Part shown: piece by piece, positions 10,056 through 20,038 of the stretch
Layout: each line of letters begins with the position of its first letter
Position numbering within the stretch: the stretch's first letter is position 1
From: Candidatus Rifleibacterium sp.
GTDB lineage: Bacteria; Muiribacteriota; Ozemobacteria; Ozemobacterales; Ozemobacteraceae
Length of the DNA: 64,000 nucleotides
Direction: 5' to 3'
NCBI GenBank assembly: GCA_035352635.1
Contig: DAOPYA010000006.1
Span: 3,742 to 67,741, forward strand
Made by a program: the position numbers and the translations under genes
The notes under the pieces: generated by a model
What the model was told of the DNA's origin: nothing
Database searches by the model: none
Seen by the model: the letters and a program-made list of their open reading frames with translations, nothing else

Positions 10056-13043
10056 ATGAAAAAACCGTTCTGGTCGTGTTGTGCTATGCTCGTCTTTTTG
10101 CTTTTATTGCTCTGCTCGCCGGTCAAAGCAGCCGAGCCTGAGCTTGGGGCCAGACTGCTTTTTTACCCCATCGGCAGTGATGCCCATTTTCTCGTAAAAG
10201 CCGTTAAGAGGTCTGATACCGATAGTTCATGGTTTTATTACCGTAACCAGGCTGTTTCAATCATAGAACCCCGGCCTGGCGAATGGGTTTCTTCTTTTAT
10301 AAACACAATCTGGGAAGAAAACCAGGTAACCCATGAAATTTTCGCCTGGGGCAAGCTTTCTGGCAATTCTGAAGATTTCGCAGGGCGCTTGCAGGCCTTT
10401 ACCGGCAAAGAACCGGTTGGCATTGCTTTCAATAAAATCGAGAAAAGCCCTCTGGCTCGTCTGGTTTGCGCGGGCGCCGAAAGCGGCAAAGCGCTGAGTG
10501 GTATCCCCGCCTACAAAAAATGGGCAAAAGTCAGCGACGGCGAATTACAGCACTGGGAAGCACTTTTCCAACATCTTGCCTCGCTGAACCGGCAGCGCAA
10601 TGTTCGGGGCGAGAATCTCGATCTATACAGTGTTTTTACCGGCATCAGCGCTATCCGTGAAACCCTGCAGATCGATGTCGATCTCGCCAATGAGAATCCG
10701 GTTCTTGATCGGGCCTGTAACGCCAACCTGCGCATTATTCAGAGTGCGGTCGAAATGTACAACATGGACCACTCGACCATGATGCAAACTCTTGATCTGC
10801 AGGCTCTCGTCGAAGGTGGCTACCTGAAAAGCAAACCGACATGCCGGTCCGGTCGTGAATATTATGGCAAGAACCTGGGGTCTGATGGCATGATTCGCTG
10901 CCCGGCTCACGGCGATATCAATAACCCGCGCCCTGATGATGGTCTGGTTGTCGATAATACAGCGAGAGTCAAAGTAGCTGGGCTGGAAGGCCCTAAAGCG
11001 CCATCGCACCCCTGGCGCAAAATGATCAAAAACCCCAATCTGGTTTTGCCCGAAGTCTATCGTCTGATACCGTCTGACTGCGCGTTTATTCATTTTCCTT
11101 CTTACAGCTCGTTTCGCAAGGCTTTTGACTTTTTTGCCGACTGGGCATCGGCTCTGGGCACCATGGCTGGCGGCGATTCGGGCAGTTCAAATTTCGGTCT
11201 TGAGAAGCGCATCAAAGACCAGTTGTTGCTCAAAACCGACATGCTGACCAGACTATTTGCAGACCTGGCGCTCAGTGATATTGTTTTTGTCTGTGAAGAC
11301 CCGTTTATCTTTGAAGGCAGCGCAGTGGCGGTAGTGCTTAAAATAACCAACGAAACAATGTTGCGCGAGAAGCTTGCAATGACCGCCAACGAATTTCGCA
11401 GCGAAAACCCTGCGATCAGCGAGAATACGCTGATGATGGGTGGCAGAAAGGTGCAGGCCTTCACCTCGCCTGATTTCCGCTATCGTTCTTATCGCCTGCT
11501 TGCCGATGGGCACCAGATCATCTCCAATTCGCCCCTGTTAATGGAAAAATTCATTTCGGTGCTTGACGGCAAGACCCCGGCGCTTACAGAGTTTCTTGAT
11601 CTGCATTATTTTTATGAACATATCGAGAAGAATTTTAAGCAACCGGGTCGCATTTTCAGCTTTCTTTCTGATGCCTTTATCAGAAAAATCATCGGGCCTG
11701 CCTGCAAAATCGCCACCAGACGCCGACTCGAATGCATTCGCCAGTCACTGCTGCAGACCCATGAATTGATGGTGAATGATGGCAAACTCGACGAGACCCT
11801 TACCTGCCCCGAGGGTGGCGTCTACGAGGTTGTAGATGGCGAAATCAGTTGCACGGTGCATCGGGTTTTTGGGCGAATGACGCCGGTAAGCGAAAGACTT
11901 CCGGTTGAAGCGACCCCTGAAGAAGCCAGCAGCTATGCAACTTTCGTTGCCCAATACAATCAGTATTTTTCGCAATTTTTTGACCCGATCGGTTTTGTAT
12001 TTTCAACTGAACCCGAATTCACCGGGCGACTTCTAATTATGCCGCTGGTTGAAAACGGCATTTACAGCGAATTGCAAAAAAATGTCCGCCATGAGCCGAT
12101 GAATGCCGGCCCGCAACCGCAGAACGGCATTCTCAAGGTCGGTGTGAATCTTCAAGCCGCTAATCTGCCGGTGCCCGGTTACTGGCTCAGTAACATCGCT
12201 TATCAGAAACGTCTTGAACTCGTCGGCCGCTGGTTCACTGGTTGTGTCTGGGCACATCTTGCTGACCACCCCCTGTTGTTCCACTGGGATTCAAACCTGC
12301 TGGCGCGTGGTATTCTCGGTGCTTTCAGCGGCGGGCGAACTGGTATGATGGGGTTATCACCGGCAATACTCAGCTTTTTTTCGCCGGTGCTTTTCGCGAT
12401 CGAGCTGACCGATGAGTCGCATTTTGACTCTATAATTGACTGGGTTCGCAACGAAATCGCGGGCAGCATCAACAATTCTGGCTTCATGGGGCCGGCATTC
12501 AAGCTCGATCAGCTCGAAGAGAATGGCGTCAAAATGTATGTGTTCTCGTTTGAACTTTTTGCGATCAGAAAAACCTATTACCTGACGCTTCGTGATGGTT
12601 TTTTTCTGGTGGCCAGCAAAAAAGAACTGCTCTTCAATCTTGAAGAAGCGCCTGCTTATGAAAAAAATGCCTTTTCAGGCAATTTCAACCTCGTCTTTTA
12701 CCCGGCGAAAATAAGACTGATGCGCCCTGATCTTCTCGAAGTGCGTGCCCGTTCGCAACGCGAAACCTGCCTCGAAAACCTTAAAAACCTGCATTTCGTC
12801 TCGACCTTTCACCCAGACCAGACCGAAAAATTTTATCAGATTGTTTACGCTGCGCAACCGGTCTGCCCGGCCGGCGGCACTTATTCAAGCGTCATGCCGG
12901 TTTCCTGCTCTCAACATGGCACAATTTCGGGAGGCGTGCTCAAGCCGGTTTCTGACTTTTTCAAAGGGGTTGGCGCCATCTCGATTCAGAGTTTCATCGA
13001 CTCCGAAGGCTTTCAGAGTGAGGTTAGATTTTTCCCCGAGTAA
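10056..13043 (+). CDS. Large secreted protein (signal peptide) containing an internal pseudopilin (GspG-like) domain
   Basis: Cleavable signal peptide MKKPFWSCCAMLVFLLLLLCSPVKAAEP. Internal segment DRACNANLRIIQSAVEMYNMDH..LQALVEGGYLKSKP..C..HG matches the post-helix region of T2SS GspG/type IV pilins and the C-terminal domain of 37740-40205. Confidence 0.7.
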   Translation: MKKPFWSCCAMLVFLLLLLCSPVKAAEPELGARLLFYPIGSDAHFLVKAVKRSDTDSSWFYYRNQAVSIIEPRPGEWVSSFINTIWEENQVTHEIFAWGKLSGNSEDFAGRLQAFTGKEPVGIAFNKIEKSPLARLVCAGAESGKALSGIPAYKKWAKVSDGELQHWEALFQHLASLNRQRNVRGENLDLYSVFTGISAIRETLQIDVDLANENPVLDRACNANLRIIQSAVEMYNMDHSTMMQTLDLQALVEGGYLKSKPTCRSGREYYGKNLGSDGMIRCPAHGDINNPRPDDGLVVDNTARVKVAGLEGPKAPSHPWRKMIKNPNLVLPEVYRLIPSDCAFIHFPSYSSFRKAFDFFADWASALGTMAGGDSGSSNFGLEKRIKDQLLLKTDMLTRLFADLALSDIVFVCEDPFIFEGSAVAVVLKITNETMLREKLAMTANEFRSENPAISENTLMMGGRKVQAFTSPDFRYRSYRLLADGHQIISNSPLLMEKFISVLDGKTPALTEFLDLHYFYEHIEKNFKQPGRIFSFLSDAFIRKIIGPACKIATRRRLECIRQSLLQTHELMVNDGKLDETLTCPEGGVYEVVDGEISCTVHRVFGRMTPVSERLPVEATPEEASSYATFVAQYNQYFSQFFDPIGFVFSTEPEFTGRLLIMPLVENGIYSELQKNVRHEPMNAGPQPQNGILKVGVNLQAANLPVPGYWLSNIAYQKRLELVGRWFTGCVWAHLADHPLLFHWDSNLLARGILGAFSGGRTGMMGLSPAILSFFSPVLFAIELTDESHFDSIIDWVRNEIAGSINNSGFMGPAFKLDQLEENGVKMYVFSFELFAIRKTYYLTLRDGFFLVASKKELLFNLEEAPAYEKNAFSGNFNLVFYPAKIRLMRPDLLEVRARSQRETCLENLKNLHFVSTFHPDQTEKFYQIVYAAQPVCPAGGTYSSVMPVSCSQHGTISGGVLKPVSDFFKGVGAISIQSFIDSEGFQSEVRFFPE

Positions 13044-13052
13044 AGTGCTTCT

Positions 13053-13112
13053 ATATAAGAGCGCATTGAGTATTTTTCGCCGATTCGACGGCGTGGCCTG
13101 TCAGCCGGTTTT
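13053..13112 (+). repeat. Copy 3 of the roughly 60-bp dispersed element, in the 3' UTR of the 995-aa gene
   Basis: CTATATAAGAGCGCATTGAGTATTTTTCGCCGATTCGACGGCGTGGCCTGTCAGCCGG. Confidence 0.6.
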
Positions 13113-13126
13113 GTATAGACTTAAAA

Positions 13127-13166
13127 ATGGGGCTGTTTCATAGCAATGTGAAGCAGCCCCTTTTTT
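13127..13166 (+). terminator. Rho-independent terminator
   Basis: GGGGCTG..CAGCCCC hairpin followed by TTTTTTT. Confidence 0.7.
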
Positions 13167-13288
13167 TGAACTGAAACACGGCGCCATTTAAAAAATTTTG
13201 GCAAATGTAAACAATTGGCGGCAGGGGCTGACCGATTTTGCGTATGTAAGTTTACATAATATTCTGTAGCCCCGTTGTTTTTGATGAA

Positions 13289-14401
13289 CTATTCGGCGAG
13301 CATGAGCCAGAGGCGGCCGTAGTGGTGCAGATCGCCGGCACTGTCGCCAGCTTCACGGCCCTGGCCGTGATAGAGGTCGATATGGCCGGGCCCCTTGATG
13401 GCGCCGCCGGTATCGTGGGCGAAGAGAATATCGTAGCGATGACCGGTCAGAACGCCGTGTTCATCAAGCACGGGGATCTCGGCCAGCAGACAGGCGCCAT
13501 AGGGAATACATGACCGATCTACAGCGATTGAATGCATGGCAGTCACTGGCACGCCGGCGGCCCCGGTTGGCGCGGTTGAGCGCCATGCAAAAAATGCGTA
13601 AGACGGGTTGTGGTTGAGCATTGGCACCAGTTGCTCGGGGTGCGTGGCAAACCATTCGCGGATTGCTCGCAGCGAGATTTTTTCTGCGGGTATCGAGCCA
13701 TTGGTGACCAGCATTTTTCCGATACTGCGGTAGGGGTGCCCGTTGCCTCCGGCAAAGCCGATGTGCCTGATATTGCCGTTGCCGAAATCGAGCACTCCAG
13801 AACCCTGCACCGACAAAAAGAAATTGTCGAGCAGGCTGTCGGTATAAGCCAGTTCGAGGCCGTGTCCGGCCAGCGCTTTATCCTGGTCGATTTCTTTTCG
13901 CGACGGCATTCTGTCAAACTTTGGCATGGCGTAAACCGGGTATTTAAAAACGTTGTCTGGCTTTTCACGCGCCGCCAGTCTCGGTGTAAAATAGCCGGTA
14001 AAATGCACGTTGCCGCGATTATCTTCGCCATTGATCTGGTAAAACGACAGCTGTTGCAGCGCTTCAGCCTGGTCATAGATCGCAAAGCGGCCAATAATTT
14101 CGGTGGCTTTAATCAGCTGGTTGACGGTGATCTCCAGGTTTCCAGCTGTAAAAACTGCGTCGACAGTCATACGCGAAAGATAGTGGGCGTTTCTCTGCGC
14201 GGCTTCCCGCAGGCCGGGTGTGATCTTCAGCCTGTTCGGTTGCTGTGAGGTCTTGACGTACATCTGCAAAAACTCAACTCCAGGAACTTTTCCGTTATTC
14301 TCAAATTCATAGCCGTGCCCAAGCGGCGCCGCCTCTATTTGCGCAACGGGAAAATGCGCGAGCAGCAAAATCTGAAAAACAACCAGCAGAATTTTCGTCA
14401 T
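13289..14401 (-). CDS. mltA: Membrane-bound lytic murein transglycosylase A (MltA domain + 3D domain)
   Basis: Signal peptide. MltA-specific domain. C-terminal 3D domain with conserved Asp residues (AVDRSCIPYG..DTGGAIKG..IDLY). Confidence 0.75.
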   Translation of the reverse strand: MTKILLVVFQILLLAHFPVAQIEAAPLGHGYEFENNGKVPGVEFLQMYVKTSQQPNRLKITPGLREAAQRNAHYLSRMTVDAVFTAGNLEITVNQLIKATEIIGRFAIYDQAEALQQLSFYQINGEDNRGNVHFTGYFTPRLAAREKPDNVFKYPVYAMPKFDRMPSRKEIDQDKALAGHGLELAYTDSLLDNFFLSVQGSGVLDFGNGNIRHIGFAGGNGHPYRSIGKMLVTNGSIPAEKISLRAIREWFATHPEQLVPMLNHNPSYAFFAWRSTAPTGAAGVPVTAMHSIAVDRSCIPYGACLLAEIPVLDEHGVLTGHRYDILFAHDTGGAIKGPGHIDLYHGQGREAGDSAGDLHHYGRLWLMLAE

Positions 14402-14777
14402 AGTTCCCCCTGATCTGGCGATCTAAAATTCATTTTAACACGTCAAAGGTTTTTTAAAAATTGTCGGCCTGTTTCGGTCAGGTGGTATTTTTGCAGGCGT
14501 CGGGGCGATTTCCGTTCAGGCCTGCATTGACCCTGAAGGAATGAGCGAGATCATGTTTCTGCCACTAGAATAACGAATTTTGTCATGCACCAGAGGGTTC
14601 ATGTACACGGGCACATGAAAAATTATGCACCGTTGCCTGTCTGGTAAGCCAATAAAATACCTGCCGATGGCAACGGCTGAATGTCTGCAAAACGACAAAT
14701 GATGCGGGGAACGGGCATGTAAAAAATTTTTTCTGCAAGTCTTCCGATTTTAGATTTAACGAGTATAATCAAAGAAT

Positions 14778-15713
14778 ATGATAACCAATGTAATAAAAAC
14801 TGGTGTTTTAGTATTCGGTTTCGTTGCTGCTTCCGGGGTTATGGGTGTATCGGCACAGGAAGGAACACTTGACGTAAGTGCCCGCGAAAAACTGCTCCAG
14901 GAAACGCTGCAACTGCTCGACAGAGTTGAAAATGAATCGCCAAAGGCCCACGCTGATCTGGTTAAGATCCGTGAACGCCTGTTGGCTATTCATAAGAACC
15001 CTGTTGTAGAAGGCATTCAGAGTGCTGATGTCAACCCCGAACTTGTCTACTACCGTCAGCGCAACACCCCGGCTCGTCAGGCCAAAAAAGCCCGGCGCAC
15101 CAACTTCCAGGAATCTGTAAAGGGTCTGCGTGATGATGCTCTGCGTCAGCGCCTGCACGATGCGATTGCCAACCAGAAGGTTTATGATTATGGCGATGCC
15201 AGGCGTCTGGTCATGCTTAAAATCGATAATCACGAAGGTTACATCGAATGTATTTACACCGGCAGAGTCATTTCGGCTGATACAATGCCGAAAACTTCCG
15301 AAATGAACATCGAGCACACCTGGCCCCAGTCAAAGGGCGCGACTGGTCCCGCCAAGTCAGATATGCATCATCTGTTCCCGACTGACCCGGTTGCTAACTC
15401 GACCCGCAGCAGTCTGCCCTTCGGCGAAGTATCGAACCCGAAATGGCAGAATGGTGGCAGCGAATGTGACCAGAAGCGCTTCGAAATCCGCAAAAAATAC
15501 CGTGGCAACTCAGCACGTGCTATGTTTTACTTTGCCGTCAGATATAACAAGAACATCTCAGCCCCCGAAGAAGACATTTTGCGGCAATGGCATAAAGAAG
15601 ACCCGGTCGATGCCACCGAAAAATCGCGCAACGAAATAGTTGAATCAGTTCAGGGTAATCGCAATCCTTTTATTGATAACCCTGAATATGTCGATCAGAT
15701 TACTGATTTCTAG
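14778..15713 (+). CDS. Secreted endonuclease I family nuclease (EndA/NucM-like)
   Basis: Signal peptide. EHTWPQSKG catalytic region typical of the Endonuclease_1 family. NPFIDNP near the C-terminus. Confidence 0.75.
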   Translation: MITNVIKTGVLVFGFVAASGVMGVSAQEGTLDVSAREKLLQETLQLLDRVENESPKAHADLVKIRERLLAIHKNPVVEGIQSADVNPELVYYRQRNTPARQAKKARRTNFQESVKGLRDDALRQRLHDAIANQKVYDYGDARRLVMLKIDNHEGYIECIYTGRVISADTMPKTSEMNIEHTWPQSKGATGPAKSDMHHLFPTDPVANSTRSSLPFGEVSNPKWQNGGSECDQKRFEIRKKYRGNSARAMFYFAVRYNKNISAPEEDILRQWHKEDPVDATEKSRNEIVESVQGNRNPFIDNPEYVDQITDF

Positions 15714-15736
15714 ATCCTAACCAACCTTTTGGGGCG

Positions 15737-15768
15737 GCTTCCTAAGCCGCCTTTTTTTTTGGTCGCTT
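15737..15768 (+). terminator. Rho-independent terminator
   Basis: GGCGGCTTCCTAAGCCGCC followed by TTTTTTTTT. Confidence 0.7.
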
Positions 15769-15824
15769 TTTTTCGCGTTCGTGATATATTTTGTGGTTCA
15801 GCATGAGTAACATGGAGGTTAATT

Positions 15825-16481
15825 ATGGGCAGTAGCATTCGCAATCTTGTCATTATCGCTTTTCTGGTGTGCCTGCTGCAGCCTGCAAGCTTGCAGGCGG
15901 GCGGGTATGTTTACAACAAGGTGCAGCAAGGGGCACCGTTCATTCACTTCGACATCGAAGACATTTACCACCAGCGCTGGGTAAGCACCTATCTGCGTGG
16001 CAAACCGATCATCATTCTCACCGGTCATCGTAACCAGCGCTACGAGATTCTTAAATGGGCCGAAACCTTCAGACAGGAATACGGTCTGCCGGGTCACGTT
16101 CATCTGCTCTGGGCAGTGAATCTGCGCAAGTTTCCCTGGTCGACGAGTCGGGCAACCGTAATCAGGCAATGGCGCGATTTTAATCCGCCGATTCCGGTCC
16201 TCATGGACTGGAGCGGCATTATCGGGCGTGGCCTGCGCATTAACTATAATGTTCCGAACATTATTGTCATTGATGCCTTCGGTCGTCTCGCTCTGCATGA
16301 AATGCATACCTACAACCCCGAAGTCTACGCGGCGCTTTCAGCACGTATCATGAGCCTGCTCTCGGTTAACCCTGGTTATGCCGTCGGCCCAGGCGTGCAG
16401 GGTGGCATGTTGCCAACCCAGCCTGTGCCACTCGGGCAGATTGTACCGAACCCGACCGGTCGCAAGGGCGACTCTAACTGA
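15825..16481 (+). CDS. Secreted hypothetical protein
   Basis: 218 aa with N-terminal signal peptide. No recognisable catalytic motif. Confidence 0.5.
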   Translation: MGSSIRNLVIIAFLVCLLQPASLQAGGYVYNKVQQGAPFIHFDIEDIYHQRWVSTYLRGKPIIILTGHRNQRYEILKWAETFRQEYGLPGHVHLLWAVNLRKFPWSTSRATVIRQWRDFNPPIPVLMDWSGIIGRGLRINYNVPNIIVIDAFGRLALHEMHTYNPEVYAALSARIMSLLSVNPGYAVGPGVQGGMLPTQPVPLGQIVPNPTGRKGDSN

Positions 16482-16496
16482 GTAAAAGTCATTAAA

Positions 16497-16545
16497 ACAA
16501 ACCCGGGTCTGGCAGAATTGCCAGGCCCGGGTTTGTTTTTGAGGT
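16497..16545. terminator. Bidirectional terminator hairpin between convergent genes
   Basis: CAAACCCGGGTCTGGCA/TGCCAGGCCCGGGTTTG stem with T-rich flanks on both strands. Confidence 0.65.
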
Positions 16546-16554
16546 TGCTTTTCG

Positions 16555-17847
16555 TTAAGCCTGGGCGATTATTTTGATTTCAGAGGGGTGCAGAGTGTAG
16601 TTAAGGCAACGTGGCACGGTGCCGAGTTCAAAATCAAGACTGACGTCTACGCATGAACCGGGGCCTGTAATCGCCGTAACATCAGGAATAAATACATTCT
16701 GATTGTTGCAGCGGTCTTTGTTGAGAATTACAAACAATGTTTTCATGCCAGGCTGCGAGCGTTTGAAGCAGAAGACATTCGGCCAGTTGGCCTGATCAAC
16801 AATTTCAAGGCCGGTTTCAATGTTGAGAACATCGAATTTCTGCTTGAGAGCCGCAATTTTGCGCAGATAATCGCTAAGATCGATTTCGGTTTCTTCCCAC
16901 CAGGTGGGGTCAGTTTTAACGACATTCAGACTTTTGCGAAAACCGTACTCAAAGCCAGTCGTGATCATATACCCCTTGCTGAACAGCGCCGAAAAAAGAA
17001 TCTGACGCTTCACGGCGGCGAGGTCACCATTGAGTTCGCTGATCAGGCGTGCAGTGTCGTGAGATTCCGGGAATGCGATCGAAGGTGTAAGGGGTGAAGT
17101 CTTATAGTATTGTTCCATGCCCCAGGGAGCGTTAAAATCCCAGTATTTTACTGAGTTGAACAGGTAGTCAAAGCCATGCTTCGCGAGTTCTTGCACCTGT
17201 TTGAAATCACAGCCGAGCGACTCAGCCAGAAACAGGCACCCAGGCCGGTTTTGCCGCGATTTATCGATGAGAAAGTTCCAGAGGGGGGCGGGCACCTGAT
17301 AGGCCATATCACACCTGAAGCCATCGACGCCCATTTCAAGATAATAGGCCATCATTTTCCACCAGAAATTCCAGAGATTCTGGCGATCTTTTGAATTCTC
17401 GTTATCGACTTCGGCGAGATCGCCCCAGGTAACCCATTTGCCGTCGTGCATGGCGCCGGGGTTGAGAACTTTGCCGCTGGCATCATGTCTGTACCAGTCT
17501 GGGTGTTCCTGTATCAGCTGGCAGTCGATGGCGGTATGATTGATGACCAGATCCATTATAAAAAGAATGCCGTGGTTGTGGCAGGCGCTGATAAAATCAC
17601 GCAACTGCTCAGTCGGAGCCTTTGAGGCACCATTATCGATAAACATCGGGTTGAATTTGTAATAATCTTTCGGCGAATAGAGGCTGCCGCTGAAACCCGG
17701 GTAATGAAACGGGTTGACCCAGATGGCATTGAACCCCATATCTTTGATGTGGTCGAGTTGCTCGGCCCACTTGCTCATACTGCCCACCAGTCGCGGGTAA
17801 AGATTGTAGAGACGGATGCCCTGATTGCCCAGAAGCGGGTGTGTCAT
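16555..17847 (-). CDS. GH13 (alpha-amylase family) glycoside hydrolase / alpha-glucan transferase
   Basis: GVDGFRCDMA region II-like motif, HDTAR region, TIM-barrel composition. Confidence 0.7.
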   Translation of the reverse strand: MTHPLLGNQGIRLYNLYPRLVGSMSKWAEQLDHIKDMGFNAIWVNPFHYPGFSGSLYSPKDYYKFNPMFIDNGASKAPTEQLRDFISACHNHGILFIMDLVINHTAIDCQLIQEHPDWYRHDASGKVLNPGAMHDGKWVTWGDLAEVDNENSKDRQNLWNFWWKMMAYYLEMGVDGFRCDMAYQVPAPLWNFLIDKSRQNRPGCLFLAESLGCDFKQVQELAKHGFDYLFNSVKYWDFNAPWGMEQYYKTSPLTPSIAFPESHDTARLISELNGDLAAVKRQILFSALFSKGYMITTGFEYGFRKSLNVVKTDPTWWEETEIDLSDYLRKIAALKQKFDVLNIETGLEIVDQANWPNVFCFKRSQPGMKTLFVILNKDRCNNQNVFIPDVTAITGPGSCVDVSLDFELGTVPRCLNYTLHPSEIKIIAQA

Positions 17848-18329
17848 TTCGTAGCCTCCTCAGCTTTTTTATGTAGTTCATTCAACGCACCAACCAGCGC
17901 AGCAATCTCTTTTTTGTTTACACTGCGATAAAAATCGATTTCTCCGTCGGGAGTCTTGAGTTTAAGCAAAGTCATGGTTTCATTGCCATCCTGCTCTTCG
18001 GAAGTTTTGATGCCGAGCCACTGCCGGCGCGTCAGTCGGTGCGCGGTCGGTGGTTCTCGCATGTTCTGAGAAAAGCTGAAGCCATCAGCGGTCATGCCGG
18101 CATTCAGAGATTGAAAGGTCAAGGATTTGCCCATGAACATGAACAAGAGAAAAAAACCGGCGCAAAAAAGCAATTCGGCCCATTGCTCGGTTTTAACGCC
18201 ATTGTAGACAAAAAAGAGAACCGGCAATACCAGAGCCGCAACCATGAGAAAAACCCCGGTGCCTATTTCAAGGAGCGGGTAATAAGCGAATCCGGGCAAT
18301 TTGTCTTCGGTAACGATCCAACGTACCAT
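17844..18329 (-). CDS. Membrane protein with 2 TM and a bacterial PH-like (YdbS/bPH_2-like) domain
   Basis: 161 aa. Overlaps neighbours on both sides (operon). Confidence 0.45.
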   Translation of the reverse strand: MVRWIVTEDKLPGFAYYPLLEIGTGVFLMVAALVLPVLFFVYNGVKTEQWAELLFCAGFFLLFMFMGKSLTFQSLNAGMTADGFSFSQNMREPPTAHRLTRRQWLGIKTSEEQDGNETMTLLKLKTPDGEIDFYRSVNKKEIAALVGALNELHKKAEEATK

Positions 18330-20038
18330 TAGTTTCCTGGCTTTCTGGCGGGGGCTGCGATTTTCCAGTCGCCCTCACCGGTAATGATCTCGAGATCCAT
18401 GCCAAGAAGCGTGCCATAGCTGGCAACTGCTTTTGCAGGCAACACAAGGTAAGTGTCTGAGTCGATGGCCTTTTTTAGAGCTTCAACATCGTTTAATACT
18501 AATGCGGCAGCGGCCTGATTGTCAAACCTGGTGATGCGTTGAATATTAAAAGTCGGCACCGGTCGCCCGACATAGAAATACCATCCCTCAATCATCTCAT
18601 CGACGAGAATCAGTTTATGTGTCTGGGGAAGGGTCGCAGCGATTCGTTTGAGCAGATACCACTGGCTGGGCAAGTAGCGGGTGCGCTCGCTGTGCCTCTG
18701 GTCGGGGTAAGGTTCGTTGCCACGAATACCATGCAGAATGAAAAACATAAACCCCGGAACCAGCATTGCCAGTATTACAAGCATTCCGACACGGCTCTTT
18801 TTTAAAATAAAAGCCAGCAGCATCAGTGAAGCGAAGAGCCAGAACATGCCTGCAAAAATGGCTGTCTGCGCGATAATGCGGTAACCGGCAAAATATTGAT
18901 AACCCCAGACCGAAAGGGCCATGCCCGCAAGCGATGCAAAGGCCGCGATGCCAATGCAATGTTGCCGGGCGGTTTCGCTGCCTTCAGGTTCAGTCGAAAA
19001 AAAGGCTTTTTTAACCGCGTTACCGGTAAGCAAAGCCACCGGAACCAGAAGCGGCAGTGCGTAGCCGGCGAGCTTTGAGCGACTCAACGAAAAAACGACA
19101 AGTGGCACAATCAGCCAGAGAAGCAGATAAACTGCCGCTGGATCGGTTTTGTATTCCTGTATCTTTTCTTTCAGGGCAATGGCAAAAAAACTGGTCCAGG
19201 GAAAAACCCCGAGCGGAAGCAGGACAAGAAAGTAGTAGAAGGGGGCGGTGCGCTGATGAGCGCTGCTTGCGACACGGTTGATCGTTTCGTCAATGAGAAA
19301 ATAGGCCAGCAGCCCATCATTTTGCATCGCCATAAGCAGATACCAGCCGAGACCGGTAATAACAAAAATCGCCCAGCCTGCCCGGGCTGCAAAAAGTTCT
19401 CTGGTGGCCTTCTTTTGCCCGGTCAGCATGGCAGCGGGCAGCAGGCCTGCCAACGGCAGCAGGGCAGGGGGGCCCTTGACCATGAAAGCAAGACCGGCGC
19501 ACAGCCAGAAGGCGTATTTCCAGCGTTGCCGTTGCTCGGCGAGCCAGCAGAAAAAAAAGAAGACCATGAGGGTTTCGGCGGCCGCCAGATAGGGGTCTGT
19601 GGTCAGGCCTCTGAACTGAAACTGAAAAAACAGTGAAGTAATCAGAATTACGGCGGCGGTCAGGCCGCTCAGGGTGCCGAAAAACAAGCGACCGAGCAGA
19701 AAGGTGCCTAACGCCGTCGTTCCGGCGGCAAAGCAGAGAAAAAAACGTGCCCCAAACTCGTTGATGCCAAAGATTTGCAGGCCGAGAGCGCTCAGCCAGT
19801 AGGTCACCGGGGGTTTGGTCAGATGTTTAAGGCCGTTCTGTCTGGGTGAAAACCAGTCGCCGCTGTCAACCATCTGGCGTGCTACTGATGCATAACGGGC
19901 TTCTGAGGTTTCAAACAGCCCGGCGGTGCCAATGTGCAATAAAACAGGCAGCAGACCGGCAAGAAAAACCAGGAGCGGCAACACCCGTCGCAGCCTGATC
20001 AGCAGGTCAGTCTTCGCCATTATACTCGCCCGGTTCAT
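18329..20038 (-). CDS. GT39/GT83-type (ArnT/PMT-like) polyprenyl-phosphate-sugar dependent glycosyltransferase
   Basis: 569 aa, multi-TM. N-terminal FETSEARYASVARQM..DW motif typical of the ArnT/PMT family. Confidence 0.75.
   Translation of the reverse strand: MNRASIMAKTDLLIRLRRVLPLLVFLAGLLPVLLHIGTAGLFETSEARYASVARQMVDSGDWFSPRQNGLKHLTKPPVTYWLSALGLQIFGINEFGARFFLCFAAGTTALGTFLLGRLFFGTLSGLTAAVILITSLFFQFQFRGLTTDPYLAAAETLMVFFFFCWLAEQRQRWKYAFWLCAGLAFMVKGPPALLPLAGLLPAAMLTGQKKATRELFAARAGWAIFVITGLGWYLLMAMQNDGLLAYFLIDETINRVASSAHQRTAPFYYFLVLLPLGVFPWTSFFAIALKEKIQEYKTDPAAVYLLLWLIVPLVVFSLSRSKLAGYALPLLVPVALLTGNAVKKAFFSTEPEGSETARQHCIGIAAFASLAGMALSVWGYQYFAGYRIIAQTAIFAGMFWLFASLMLLAFILKKSRVGMLVILAMLVPGFMFFILHGIRGNEPYPDQRHSERTRYLPSQWYLLKRIAATLPQTHKLILVDEMIEGWYFYVGRPVPTFNIQRITRFDNQAAAALVLNDVEALKKAIDSDTYLVLPAKAVASYGTLLGMDLEIITGEGDWKIAAPARKPGN

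Noticed and set aside
10623-11093. Antisense ORFs inside long genes (examples: 10623..11093, 13543..14094, 13610..14248, 14808..15317, 30940..31797, 46900..47436, 51955..52596, 58631..59026)
   Set aside because: Each is fully embedded in a longer ORF that has clear domain signatures on the opposite strand or in another frame. They have no motifs of their own.
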